64,000 bases of DNA from an uncultured Candidatus Saccharibacteria bacterium (lineage in GTDB: Bacteria > Patescibacteriota > Saccharimonadia > Saccharimonadales > JAUPVS01), in NCBI GenBank assembly GCA_964627095.1, contig CAZVKH010000001.1, positions 8,451 to 72,450 on the forward strand, in the 5' to 3' direction. The first letter of the stretch is position 1. Every line of letters begins with the position of its first letter. A model generated the notes under the pieces. It did no database searches, had not been told where the DNA came from, and saw nothing but the letters and a program-made list of their open reading frames with translations. Shown here in pieces: positions 1 to 8,999 of this stretch. The translations under genes and the position numbers were made by a program.

Positions 1-849
1 AGACCTGTCGTACTGTATGAATCAGGCGATACTACTACCGAAAACATCTTAATGGCCGCTGCTTGTACACCTGGTGAAACCGTAATCAAGATGGCCAGCG
101 CCAACTACATGGTGCAAGACTTGTGTTTTTACTTGCAAAAAATGGGCGTCAAAATTAGCGGCATCGGTAGTAGCACCTTGCGCGTTCAAGGCTTGAAAGA
201 AATAAAAAAGAATGTCACTTACGCCCCCAGCGAAGACCCGGTTGAAGCCATGACTTTTGTGGCCGCCGCCATTACAACCGACTCCGAAATCACCATCAAA
301 AGAGTGCCGATAGAATTTATGGAATTAGAGTTATTGAAGCTGGAAAAGATGGGCCTTAACTATGTCATGACCAAGACCTACAAAGCCGAGAACGGCCAGA
401 CCGACCTAGTTGACCTAACCATCAAGAAGCACAATGGCAGCCTGATTGCCCCGCACGACAAGATTCACCCCAACATCTTCCCAGGCCTGAATATTGATCA
501 CCTGCCCTACTTTGTGCCCATCGCCGCCGTAGCCAAAGGTCGCACCCTGATTCACGACTGGGTTTACGAAGACCGCGCCCTGATGTATACCGAAATGAAA
601 AAAATTGGCGTCAGCGTCGAGCTAGCCGATCCGCACCGAGTTTATATAGAAGGTCCGACCCGCTTTAAGGCAGCCGACTTAGTTTGCCCCAGCGGTATTC
701 GCCCGGCCGTTATGATTTTGATTGGCATGTTGGCGGCTCCCGGTAACTCGATGCTACGTAACGTCTACACCATCAACCGTGGTTACGAAGATTTGGCCGA
801 TCGTCTGAATTCTTTAGGCGCCAAAATCACCGTTCTACACGAGCTATAG
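1..849 (+). CDS. murA: UDP-N-acetylglucosamine 1-carboxyvinyltransferase MurA, C-terminal part; the gene begins upstream of the window
   Basis: The frame is open from position 1 (RPVVLYESGDTTTENILMAAACTPGET...), and the listed M at 52 is an internal Met. The sequence matches MurA C-terminal domain conservation. Confidence 0.85.
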   Translation, partial: RPVVLYESGDTTTENILMAAACTPGETVIKMASANYMVQDLCFYLQKMGVKISGIGSSTLRVQGLKEIKKNVTYAPSEDPVEAMTFVAAAITTDSEITIKRVPIEFMELELLKLEKMGLNYVMTKTYKAENGQTDLVDLTIKKHNGSLIAPHDKIHPNIFPGLNIDHLPYFVPIAAVAKGRTLIHDWVYEDRALMYTEMKKIGVSVELADPHRVYIEGPTRFKAADLVCPSGIRPAVMILIGMLAAPGNSMLRNVYTINRGYEDLADRLNSLGAKITVLHEL

Positions 850-850
850 A

Positions 851-880
851 AAAAGACACCTTTGAAGGTGTCTTGATAAT
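851..880. terminator. bidirectional intrinsic terminator (gacacc-tttgaa-ggtgtc)
   Basis: A 6-bp GC-containing stem with a 6-nt loop lies directly after the murA stop. It is flanked by an A-run upstream, giving a U-run on the minus strand after the tRNA cluster, and by a T-rich tract downstream. Confidence 0.6.
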
Positions 881-883
881 TCT

Positions 884-961
884 TGGGGCGAATGATGGGG
901 ATCGAACCCACTACCTCCGGAACCACAACCCGGCGCTCTAACCAGATGAGCTACATTCGCC
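884..961 (-). tRNA. tRNA-His (GTG)
   Basis: The reverse complement folds as a cloverleaf with anticodon loop ttGTGgt. It has an extra 5' G(-1) opposite the discriminator C and an encoded CCA. Confidence 0.85.
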
Positions 962-1011
962 TTAAACAGGGGTGATTATAGCGCATTAGCGGCATAACAA
1001 CAAGCTGTACA

Positions 1012-1088
1012 TGGTGCCCCGGGTAGGACTCGAACCTACGGCCTTGAGCTTAGAAGTCTCCTGCTCTATCCAACTGAGCTACCAGGGC
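1012..1088 (-). tRNA. tRNA-Arg (TCT)
   Basis: Acceptor GCCCUGG/CCGGGGC, D-arm GCUC-AGUUGGAUA-GAGC, anticodon loop cuUCUaa and an encoded CCA. Confidence 0.85.
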
Positions 1089-1096
1089 ACATATGA

Positions 1097-1171
1097 TGGT
1101 GCGGGATACCGGAGTCGAACCGGTGTCCAAAGTTTGGAAAACTTTTATATTAACCGCTATACGAATCCCGC
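1097..1171 (-). tRNA. tRNA-Gly (TCC)
   Basis: Acceptor GCGGGAU/AUCCCGC, anticodon loop uuUCCaa, T-arm GGUUCGACUCC and an encoded CCA. Confidence 0.85.
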
Positions 1172-1200
1172 CTAATCAGGGCTATTATACCAGAGATGAA

Positions 1201-3627
1201 CTAACCTCGCTCGTCGAGCGTAGCTAACAATTCGGGGGCATCCAGCAACAGTACCTGCCCTGGGCTGGCCGTACCGGCTAGCAGCCGTTGCGCCACGACG
1301 TTTTCTACCGACCGCTGCACAACTCGGCGCAAGGGTCGGGCACCCAAACGGGGGTCATAACCTTTGTCTACAAGTAGCGCCTTGGCGGCATCGGTCAGGC
1401 TAACCGAAATTTTACGGCTTGCCAGAGTCTTATTAATACTGCCCATTAACAGGTCGACCACTTGCATCAGTTCTGGCTTAGTAAGTGGACGGAATAATAT
1501 AATCTCATCAAAACGGTTAATGAACTCAGGACGGAAGACGTTAGCATTGATAAGCTCGTTGACCAGCTCGTCTTCGAACTGCTCGAGCTGCTGGCCCTGG
1601 TCTATGCGCGCCCGAATATTCTCGGCGCCGGCGTTACTGGTGGCAATAATAATTGAGTCTCTAAAACTGATCGGTTTATTCTGTGAATCACGCAACATAC
1701 CTTCGTCGAGTAATTGCAGAAGCAGGTTCAGTACGTTGGGGTGGGCCTTTTCAATTTCATCAAATAAGACCACACTAAAGGGTTGTTTGGCAATTTGGGC
1801 ACATAGACTATAGGGGTCGGTGGCGCCGGTCGCCAGCAATCGGTTGGTGTCGTCGGGGTGCGAAAACTCATTAAGGTCAATTCGCACAATGCGGTCTTGA
1901 CCACCAAAATAGACATCGGCTAACGCCTTAGAAAGCTCGGTTTTTCCAACCCCGGTTGGGCCCAAGAACAAGAAAGTACCAATCGGCTTCTTTTCGTTAC
2001 CAACGCCAGTGCGGGCGCGTCTTAAAGCATCGCTCACCAGCTTAACGGCGCGCGTTTGGTTGATCATTCGTTGGTGAATCTTGGCCTCTAAGTTCAAAAG
2101 GGTATCTTTTTCTTCAAAGGTATCGGCTGTCTGGACCTTAATATCGAAGGATTTTTCGACACCCTGCTGAACTGAGCGGGCCGTAACAAAATGCTGCTGC
2201 TCCGGAAAGCCACAGGCTACATCAAGCAGCTTGAGTGCCTTACCAGGGAAGGCCTGCTCATGGATGTAGCGTTCGGCTAACTTGTAGGCCTCTTTAATGG
2301 CTTGATTCATTAGCACGACGCCATGTTTACCTTCGATAATTAATGTTTGATCTTCGATTACCTGAATAGTCTCTTCTTCGTTCAGCGGATTGACCACCAC
2401 TCGGTTTAGCGACTGGGTAAAGCCTGGGCTGGTTTGGGCAATCCTTAGCCATTCCTGATTGTCTAATGCCAATATAATCTTAAGGGCACCGCCTTCTAGA
2501 ACTGGCATCAGTACGCTGGACAAGTCCACAGAACCAGTACCTTCCCTTAGGAATAGCTGGGCTTCATCCAAGAACAAGACAACGTTCTTGGCGTGAATCG
2601 CTTCGTTAAAAATATGGATTAATAGTTCTTCAAGCTCACCCTTACCCTTGGCATTAGCGATCAGGTGTGATGCATTCAGCTCAATTACCTGCTGGTAACG
2701 CAAGTTCTGGGGAACATTTTTGGAATCTTGCAGAAGCCGCTGGGCCATGGTGTAGACCAGGGTTGTTTTTCCAACCCCAACATCACCCACCAAGACAGCG
2801 TTACGGCGACCAGGTTGAGCTAGTAAATGGATAATCTGATCAATTGTTTGGGCACGGCTATCGACTGGACGACGCAAGATGCCACCAGATTGCAAACCGT
2901 TGGTTATATTAAAGCCAACGTGGTTCAAAACTGGTGCCCAACCAAAACTAAGATCGCGGCCGACACCCCCGTAATGCCGCTTTTCGCGTTGGCGGTCGCG
3001 CATCATCCGCATATGATGACGCCAACTTACACCTCCCAGCACATCGTCACTATCAAGCTGTAGCTGAGCCAGGTGATGCTCATAGTGCGGTATCGACATT
3101 ACCAACCCAGCCACCAGAACAGCCGAATCGATCCGATCACTCGAAGTTGCCCGCGCAACATTAAGAGCAGTCTGCCAAACAACCGATTCTTGGGAACTCT
3201 CGGTCGATGACAGATTCTGCAAAAACTCCGGACCAATCGCAAAACGGGACCCGTAGAAATAGGCGCCCTGTTCATTGGCGACAAGTTTAGCCAGTGCCTG
3301 CGGTGACATATTGGGCTGCATCTTGGCCAATAGGCGCCGGCTAAGGACATCACTGACATCGCTGACAGTTTCGATTGACGATATCGGCGGCAAGTCCTTA
3401 AGCTCGCCGTAGTACCAAAAAAGCGGCATGGCTAGAGTGCCACTTAGGGCAAATAGTATATGGGCAATCATCTGCTGCTCAAAAAACACCCCCCAGAACC
3501 AAAAGAATAATGACAATACCACCGCCAACCAAGTGATTAGCCGCACAGATTGGTTATCTAAAATCTTTCCAAAGCGGGCTTTGGTGGCACGTGGACTTTG
3601 CAAATTGCAGTGAATCGGTGGGTTCAT
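1201..3627 (-). CDS. membrane-anchored double-AAA+ Clp/Hsp100-family ATPase (ClpA/B-like, no M-domain, no ClpP-docking loop evident)
   Basis: Two Walker A motifs (GDVGVGKTT and GPTGVGKTE), a DEAQLF Walker B, a second-region motif FDEIEKAHPNVLNLLLQLLDEG and TSNAG. Two N-terminal hydrophobic helices (ITWLAVVLSLFFWFWGVFF and ILFALSGTLAMPLFWYY). The spacing between the two Walker A motifs is about 275 aa, as in ClpA. Confidence 0.75.
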   Translation of the reverse strand: MNPPIHCNLQSPRATKARFGKILDNQSVRLITWLAVVLSLFFWFWGVFFEQQMIAHILFALSGTLAMPLFWYYGELKDLPPISSIETVSDVSDVLSRRLLAKMQPNMSPQALAKLVANEQGAYFYGSRFAIGPEFLQNLSSTESSQESVVWQTALNVARATSSDRIDSAVLVAGLVMSIPHYEHHLAQLQLDSDDVLGGVSWRHHMRMMRDRQREKRHYGGVGRDLSFGWAPVLNHVGFNITNGLQSGGILRRPVDSRAQTIDQIIHLLAQPGRRNAVLVGDVGVGKTTLVYTMAQRLLQDSKNVPQNLRYQQVIELNASHLIANAKGKGELEELLIHIFNEAIHAKNVVLFLDEAQLFLREGTGSVDLSSVLMPVLEGGALKIILALDNQEWLRIAQTSPGFTQSLNRVVVNPLNEEETIQVIEDQTLIIEGKHGVVLMNQAIKEAYKLAERYIHEQAFPGKALKLLDVACGFPEQQHFVTARSVQQGVEKSFDIKVQTADTFEEKDTLLNLEAKIHQRMINQTRAVKLVSDALRRARTGVGNEKKPIGTFLFLGPTGVGKTELSKALADVYFGGQDRIVRIDLNEFSHPDDTNRLLATGATDPYSLCAQIAKQPFSVVLFDEIEKAHPNVLNLLLQLLDEGMLRDSQNKPISFRDSIIIATSNAGAENIRARIDQGQQLEQFEDELVNELINANVFRPEFINRFDEIILFRPLTKPELMQVVDLLMGSINKTLASRKISVSLTDAAKALLVDKGYDPRLGARPLRRVVQRSVENVVAQRLLAGTASPGQVLLLDAPELLATLDERG

Positions 3628-3999
3628 TTACCTACCCCTACTACCATCATTACCAAGCTAATCGGGAAGGCGAATGGTGCCAACGGCCACAAAGCAATAA
3701 AGATAACCCCGCTCAAAAATGCCAATAAGGCTACAAATAAACCTGTGAAGATGATGAAGCTGCGCGCAAAAAACCCGACAAAGCGTGAGATAACGTTATC
3801 CAAAAGAGCGTGCATCTGTACATCAATCGACCCACCGGCTTGGCTATAAGTTTGCTTAAAGGGCGAGAACCAAGTTTGTGCCAACGCTAAAATCGAAAAG
3901 GTTTCGTTGCACCACTTGAGCCTATCAACAATCGCTTTTTGCATCGCCCATTGCCAACCAGCACCGTACCACCAGCGGAGTCCAAGAAGAATGACCATA
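3624..3999 (-). CDS. small polytopic membrane protein, co-operonic with the Clp-like ATPase; the table ORF starts at GTG 4094, first ATG is 3999
   Basis: Three hydrophobic helices. A 4-nt overlap with the downstream clp-like gene suggests translational coupling. TACAAT lies 7 nt before the ATG at 3999 (leaderless layout). Confidence 0.5.
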
Positions 4000-4055
4000 A
4001 CCAGTATTGTATCAGATAGCGCCAGAGAGCACACTTCTTGATATACTATAGGAAC

Positions 4056-5894
4056 ATGAAAAAACTTATCCACTATTTCAAGACTTACAAACACTTGGGC
4101 ATCGTCATCCTAGCCATAATTATGGCCGGAGCACTCGACCTAGGTGGCTACGAACGCTATGCCAACATTGTTTTAGGCGTAACCGCTTCGTTATCGGTTA
4201 TTCCATTACTCCTAGGCATGGTTCAAGACTTACGGGACGGCCAGTACGGTGTTGATATCCTTGCCGCCACCGCCATCATTTCTTCGGTGGCTCTGGGTGA
4301 ATACTGGGCCGGTATTGTTGTCGTATTAATGTTAACTGGTGGTGAATCGCTCGAAGATTACGCCGAACACCGGGCTAAGACCGAACTCGATGCCTTGCTC
4401 AGCCGAGCACCAAAGAAAGCTCACATTCTAAAAGGCAATAAGGTTACTGATGTGCTGGCCAGCAAGGTTCAGACCAACGACAAGCTTATTATTAAGCCCG
4501 GTGAGTTGGTGCCAGTCGATGCCGTTGTCATCGAAGGTCATGCCAGTCTTGACGAATCTAGCCTAACCGGTGAAAGCTTGCCGGTCGAAAAACACGCTGG
4601 CGATGAGCTACTCAGTGGTTCGGTTAACCTGGATGGCGTTCTGACCGTTAAAGCACTGCGACCGGCCGCCGACAGTCAGTACGAACAAATCATTAAGCTG
4701 GTGCGCGGTGCAGCCAGTAACCAATCACCATTTGTACGCCTGGCCGATAAATATAGTATTCCCTTCACGATTGTTGCCTACACCATCGCTATTAGCGTCT
4801 GGGTGGCTTCAGGTGACCCAATTAGATTTTTGCAAGTAATTATTGTCGCCACCCCTTGCCCACTATTACTAGCGGCGCCAATCGCATTAATATCCGGAAT
4901 GAGCCGAGCAGCGCGTCACGGTATTATAATTAAAACTGGCTCGGCCTTAGAAAAACTGGCTCAAGTAAAAACTATTGCCCTCGACAAAACCGGTACGTTA
5001 ACGGTAGGTAAGCCAGTTGTTGGTTCGATCAAGACTTTCAATAAACATAGTCAAAATAGTGTCCTGTCAGCAGCGGCCAGCCTTGAACAGGATTCAAACC
5101 ACATTTTAGCCAAGGCCGTTGTTGCCAAAGCCAACCAGGCAAACATTAAGACCTCTAAGGTAAAGAGCCTGCGTGAAGAAGCTGGTTACGGGTTAAGCGG
5201 CCTGGTTAACCGACAGCCTGTTTTAGTTGGCAATGCCTCACTCTTGCTTAAGCACGACGTTGACCTACCCAAGAAACTCCAAGACATGGCGGCCACAACC
5301 GCCTTTGTCGCCATAGACGGCGTCCTGGCTGGTACAATTGAATTTACCGATGAAGTCCGCCCGGAGTCTAAGTCAACGCTTCAGAGGCTCCGTGATGCCG
5401 GTGTACAGCACATTCTTATGATCACCGGCGATAACGTTGCAAGCGCCAAAGCAATTGCCAAAAAAGTTGGCATAAAAGATGTTCGAGCCAACTGCTTACC
5501 AGCCGACAAATTAACTGCTGTCGAAAATATTACCAACCGACCAGTTGCTTTTGTGGGTGATGGCGTTAACGACGCACCAGTTCTGACAGCCTCGGATGTT
5601 GGCATTGCTCTGGGTGCACGTGGCTCAGCGGCGGCCAGTGAATCAGCTGATGTAGTAATTATGCTCGACGACTTTGGTCGAGTCGCCACATCTGTAGAAA
5701 TCGCCAAGCGCACCTTCTTTATTGCTAAGCAAAGTATCCTGATTGGCATTTTTATTAGCGTCGGCTTAATGTTAATTTTTGCCACCGGTAAATTTAAGCC
5801 TATTTATGGTGCTGCTCTGCAAGAAGTCGTTGACGTGGCGGTTATCTTTAATGCCTTACGTGCCCACGGTTCTTGGCGCAAAAAAACTAGCTAG
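4056..5894 (+). CDS. P-type cation-transporting ATPase (P1B-like, no N-terminal metal-binding domain); the table ORF begins at TTG 4038
   Basis: DKTGTLT phosphorylation motif, GDGVNDAP hinge, TGES actuator motif and a membrane PCP(L) motif. TATACT lies 8 nt upstream of the ATG at 4056. Confidence 0.85.
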   Translation: MKKLIHYFKTYKHLGIVILAIIMAGALDLGGYERYANIVLGVTASLSVIPLLLGMVQDLRDGQYGVDILAATAIISSVALGEYWAGIVVVLMLTGGESLEDYAEHRAKTELDALLSRAPKKAHILKGNKVTDVLASKVQTNDKLIIKPGELVPVDAVVIEGHASLDESSLTGESLPVEKHAGDELLSGSVNLDGVLTVKALRPAADSQYEQIIKLVRGAASNQSPFVRLADKYSIPFTIVAYTIAISVWVASGDPIRFLQVIIVATPCPLLLAAPIALISGMSRAARHGIIIKTGSALEKLAQVKTIALDKTGTLTVGKPVVGSIKTFNKHSQNSVLSAAASLEQDSNHILAKAVVAKANQANIKTSKVKSLREEAGYGLSGLVNRQPVLVGNASLLLKHDVDLPKKLQDMAATTAFVAIDGVLAGTIEFTDEVRPESKSTLQRLRDAGVQHILMITGDNVASAKAIAKKVGIKDVRANCLPADKLTAVENITNRPVAFVGDGVNDAPVLTASDVGIALGARGSAAASESADVVIMLDDFGRVATSVEIAKRTFFIAKQSILIGIFISVGLMLIFATGKFKPIYGAALQEVVDVAVIFNALRAHGSWRKKTS

Positions 5895-6541
5895 AATAAG
5901 GCTGTCTGTAAAACTACAGTAATAAGCAGGGGTACAAACAAGTTGTCGGTTCCAGCTACGGCTAGATTCTCTATAGCGGTGGCGGCCAAGGGTAGCCAGA
6001 TAAGTAAAGGCACAAGTGGCCAGGTCAAAACAGTCCCGCTAAGTATCACTGTGCCGGTTACTATAGTTAACGATAACGTAAAGAACATCAAGGTCCCGAC
6101 CAATGTCTTGGTGTAGTTACGAATACTGTATTTATGGATAATCCCGTACTTGGTGCCTACTATCGCTGCCAGACCATCAGCCAGAGACAGATGTAAAATG
6201 GCGGCTGTAAAGACTATTGGTTCTGGTGTTAACAGAGCCGTGACGCCTATTCCAATTGGAAAAAACAACTCTCCCCAGGTGCGACGATTAACGCTGTGAA
6301 CAGCATGAAAAATATGCTGTTGCATCGATATTATAATGACAGCCAAAAAGGCCAGGCTCATAAACTCTATTTCGCGCCAGGTTAAAAAATATGGCCAAAA
6401 GGCCACAAAGGTACCAACACCAATATGCACAAACTTGCGCGCCGACTCACCGCGCATAACTTTTAGGCGCCACAGTAGCTCAGAAACTGCCAGTATCGTA
6501 AACACCCCAGTTAAAGCTAACAGGAGTGGCACGTACTGCAT
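5891..6541 (-). CDS. polyprenol/dolichol/phytol-kinase-family integral membrane protein (CTP-dependent kinase family)
   Basis: The motif SARKFVHIGVGTFVAFWPYF resembles the VTE5/dolichol-kinase signature. Polytopic. It abuts the tatC stop. Confidence 0.45.
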   Translation of the reverse strand: MQYVPLLLALTGVFTILAVSELLWRLKVMRGESARKFVHIGVGTFVAFWPYFLTWREIEFMSLAFLAVIIISMQQHIFHAVHSVNRRTWGELFFPIGIGVTALLTPEPIVFTAAILHLSLADGLAAIVGTKYGIIHKYSIRNYTKTLVGTLMFFTLSLTIVTGTVILSGTVLTWPLVPLLIWLPLAATAIENLAVAGTDNLFVPLLITVVLQTALF

Positions 6542-7516
6542 CTACTTATTGGGCCTAAGATCTAGGAAGTTAGCGCTTTGTAAGTTCTGTAACTGGCGTG
6601 GTGCAATGTCGAAGGTTGGTCGCTTAACATGAGTTGCAACCGAACGTCTCTGCAAGACTGGCTCAATAAAGGCCGGGCGGGGTGCTGGCTGCGGTGACAC
6701 CTTGGGGGCCGGTGGCAACTGTGATGGGTGTTTTCGGCGCTGTTCTTTGGCAGCAGCCTGTGCAGCGGCATACTTTTTGGCCGCCTTGGCCCGGCGATTT
6801 GCTTTTCGGTTAGCTAGATACACAAAGAATACCGACAAGTTATACAGCAGTATTATCGGTAGAGCGATTAGGAATTGCGTTAGTGGGTCGTAGGTAAATG
6901 GCAAAACCAGGGCCAGGGCCAAACTGCCGACAATAACGTGGCGCTCGTACTTAAGCAGCTTGCGCGGTGACATCGGCTTGATGTGGTTGATGAACAAAAT
7001 AAGCAAAGGCAACTGGAACAGTAATATAAACGTCAGTATGCAAGCCAGTGCGAAGTTAAGGTAGTCGTCGGCTGATATAAGCGGATTAACACCTGTGATT
7101 TCGACACCCTGAAAGAAATGCAAGGACATTGGTAAGGCGCCAAAATATGCAAAGGCGGCGCCGGCTACTCCTAGGGTCAAGGAAAGAAGCGTCACCATGG
7201 TAATAAGGCGGCGGGTGATTTTTTTACCAACAGCTGGTTCAATAAACGATATTATATTGTAGATTAGAGCCGGTATAGCCAGGGTTATGCCCAGGATAAA
7301 GCAGATCTTCATAATAAAGTTGAACCCACCAGCCGGCGTGGTGTAGTAAAGCTGCTGGTTGAGCGGGGCCGTCATAAAGACGATTAGCTGATCATGAAAC
7401 ATATAGGCCACACCGGCACCCACTAGCAATAGCAATGCTGGCCAGGTCAGCCGGCGACGCAGTTCCTGGACATGTCCAGAAAAAGTTAGCTTTGGTTCCA
7501 TGATCTGCCCATCCAT
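6542..7516 (-). CDS. tatC: Sec-independent protein translocase TatC with a roughly 80-aa basic Ala/Pro-rich C-terminal extension
   Basis: N-terminal HVQELRRRL motif and six predicted TM helices. The C-terminal tail AKAAKKYAAAQAAAKEQRRK...PAPKVSPQPAPRP is not typical of TatC. Confidence 0.85.
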   Translation of the reverse strand: MDGQIMEPKLTFSGHVQELRRRLTWPALLLLVGAGVAYMFHDQLIVFMTAPLNQQLYYTTPAGGFNFIMKICFILGITLAIPALIYNIISFIEPAVGKKITRRLITMVTLLSLTLGVAGAAFAYFGALPMSLHFFQGVEITGVNPLISADDYLNFALACILTFILLFQLPLLILFINHIKPMSPRKLLKYERHVIVGSLALALVLPFTYDPLTQFLIALPIILLYNLSVFFVYLANRKANRRAKAAKKYAAAQAAAKEQRRKHPSQLPPAPKVSPQPAPRPAFIEPVLQRRSVATHVKRPTFDIAPRQLQNLQSANFLDLRPNK

Positions 7517-7543
7517 CTCGAAGACCTCTCGTTTAGTTATGGA

Positions 7544-7726
7544 CTAGGCTTTTTTGGTGGCTTTTGACTTAGTAGCAGGCTCTGGTTCGTCGGCATCTGC
7601 AAAACCTTTGCGGATTTCTTTAGCCGACTGACCGACACTGCGTGCTAGTTCTGGTAGCTTTTTAGCACCAAACAGCAACAAAACAATCAATAAAACGATA
7701 ATTAATTCGTCTGTTTTTCCAAACAT
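7544..7726 (-). CDS. tatA: twin-arginine translocase subunit TatA/E
   Basis: MFGKTDELIIVLLIVLLLFGAKKLPELARSVGQSAKEIRKGF matches the TatA signature (FG hinge, amphipathic helix). GGAGGG ribosome-binding site upstream. Confidence 0.9.
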   Translation of the reverse strand: MFGKTDELIIVLLIVLLLFGAKKLPELARSVGQSAKEIRKGFADADEPEPATKSKATKKA

Positions 7727-7758
7727 TCTTGTTGACCCTCCAAGAGTTATTATTTACA

Positions 7759-7784
7759 AGCATAATCATAGCAGGATTATGCTA
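7759..7784. promoter_or_regulatory. 9-bp perfect inverted repeat AGCATAATC-N8-GATTATGCT between the small gene at 7800 and the tatA RBS
   Basis: Read directly from the sequence. It could be a weak terminator hairpin or an operator for the tat operon. Confidence 0.35.
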
Positions 7785-7799
7785 CTAAATAAAGCGTGA

Positions 7800-8027
7800 C
7801 TAAGAGCCTAAGATACTGCTTTTGACAGGGTTGCCGCCATAAGCCGACGAACCATAACCACTGGCCGCGCCCCGGCTCTGTTGACTGCTAGAGGTTGCGC
7901 CATGGTGCAATAAAGCCTTGATCATACCACTCACCCCGATTGCTGCTAAAAAGCCAGCACCAATATAACCAAGGAACTCTTTGCGGTCCATTTCCTTTTC
8001 AAAAATTGCTTGTATGTGTTTATGCAT
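7800..8027 (-). CDS. hypothetical small protein with a central hydrophobic helix and Gly/Ser-rich tail
   Basis: ORF with ATG start and one TM-like segment (LGYIGAGFLAAIGVSGMI). No homology recognised. Confidence 0.3.
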   Translation of the reverse strand: MHKHIQAIFEKEMDRKEFLGYIGAGFLAAIGVSGMIKALLHHGATSSSQQSRGAASGYGSSAYGGNPVKSSILGS

Positions 8028-8234
8028 ATTTATTGTTTATTTAGTATTACTTAGGTTCATATTAGTGGTAATGGTTAGCCGATGTCAAGTAGTTTATGGT
8101 TATTTTGACAACTTCTTGCGGCGACGGTTTTTGAGCCATATATATAGAACTGTTAGGTTGTACAAAACTAAGGCGACAATTATTACTGTAAGCATGGTTC
8201 TATCATGATATAATTCCCCTTAAGTATACAGCTT

Positions 8235-8723
8235 ATGATTTATATACAACACACATTCAAGATGTTTATGGGCAAAGTTTCGGCCTCTATTGTGGTGTTT
8301 TTGTTTGTTGCTGGGATGGTTCTTACGCCGGCTTCTGCTTTGGCAGCCACTCCCGACTATAGTTGCGGGGCTTACGGTGGCAACGACTATAACAGTAACT
8401 GTCCAACCGACCCTAGTACCCCTAGCTCAAGTAGCAGTTCCTCTAGCAGCTCGACTGGCAGTAGTTCTAGCGACGGAGCGGCGGCCGACACGCCGACAAC
8501 TTCGGATACTACAACTACAACCGACGACAGCACCGCTATCGATACAAACGACAAAAGTTCTTCTACCACCAAGACAGCTGCCGAAGAAGAAGCTGGTACG
8601 TCTAATAGCAGCCGCTGGCTTTTGTTCGGCTTCTCGCTCTTTCTGCTCCTGCTAGCTCTATGGCTGATCTTCTTCTTGCTCAAGCGCCGCAAGCGCCAGC
8701 AAGAAGACAAACCAATGTTCTAG
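8235..8723 (+). CDS. secreted Ser/Thr-rich low-complexity protein with C-terminal TM anchor and basic tail
   Basis: Signal peptide (MFMGKVSASIVVFLFVAGMVLTPASALA), poly-Ser/Thr tract, and C-terminal WLLFGFSLFLLLLALWLIFFLLKRRKRQQ. No LPXTG motif. Confidence 0.6.
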   Translation: MIYIQHTFKMFMGKVSASIVVFLFVAGMVLTPASALAATPDYSCGAYGGNDYNSNCPTDPSTPSSSSSSSSSSTGSSSSDGAAADTPTTSDTTTTTDDSTAIDTNDKSSSTTKTAAEEEAGTSNSSRWLLFGFSLFLLLLALWLIFFLLKRRKRQQEDKPMF

Positions 8724-8992
8724 ACGGTCGGCTGGCCGGACGTGAGCTGAGGCTGTTCAACGATTCTATCTATGCCTAGGTCCGGCATCATGTACGATAG
8801 TTCGTCTCGTGCAGTCGGTGGTAGATCTGGGCTAACTTGGGCCACAACCGCTAGGCCATCGTCGCTACGGTCGACGACAACTCTTACAGCACTAGATATA
8901 GCAGGCATTAGATCCCAAAGATCACACTCAGCTGTAACACGGGCTTGCTGGAAGGCCTCATACTCTTGATTAGTGATTCTTCGTTTTGACAT
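8720..8992 (-). CDS. hypothetical 90-aa protein, leaderless transcript
   Basis: An ATG at 8992 sits 7 nt after a TAAGAT -10 box, downstream of the CTCATGCTTGCAT element. No homology recognised. Confidence 0.5.
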   Translation of the reverse strand: MSKRRITNQEYEAFQQARVTAECDLWDLMPAISSAVRVVVDRSDDGLAVVAQVSPDLPPTARDELSYMMPDLGIDRIVEQPQLTSGQPTV

Positions 8993-8999
8993 ACCAAAA

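Noticed and set aside
52-849. ORF-track start of murA at Met 52
   Set aside because: The frame is open from nucleotide 1 and upstream residues continue MurA sequence, so the gene is truncated by the window edge and 52 is an internal Met.
1364-1813. 149-aa plus-strand ORF (and 1728..1916, 2827..3063, 3099..3359, 3428..3613) inside or antisense to the Clp-like ATPase gene
   Set aside because: They lie fully within a strongly supported minus-strand CDS and show low-complexity Ser/Arg-rich translations typical of antisense frames.
8430-8470. Possible simple-sequence repeat or CRISPR-like periodicity
   Set aside because: The periodic agc/agt/tct run is the poly-Ser coding tract of the 8235..8723 gene. 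No direct repeats with unique spacers were found anywhere in the window.
8290-8710. Alternative-frame ORFs 8290..8655 (+) and 8387..8710 (-) over the Ser/Thr-rich gene
   Set aside because: They are frame-shifted or antisense readings of the repetitive Ser/Thr codon tract. The signal-peptide-containing frame 8235..8723 is the coherent one.
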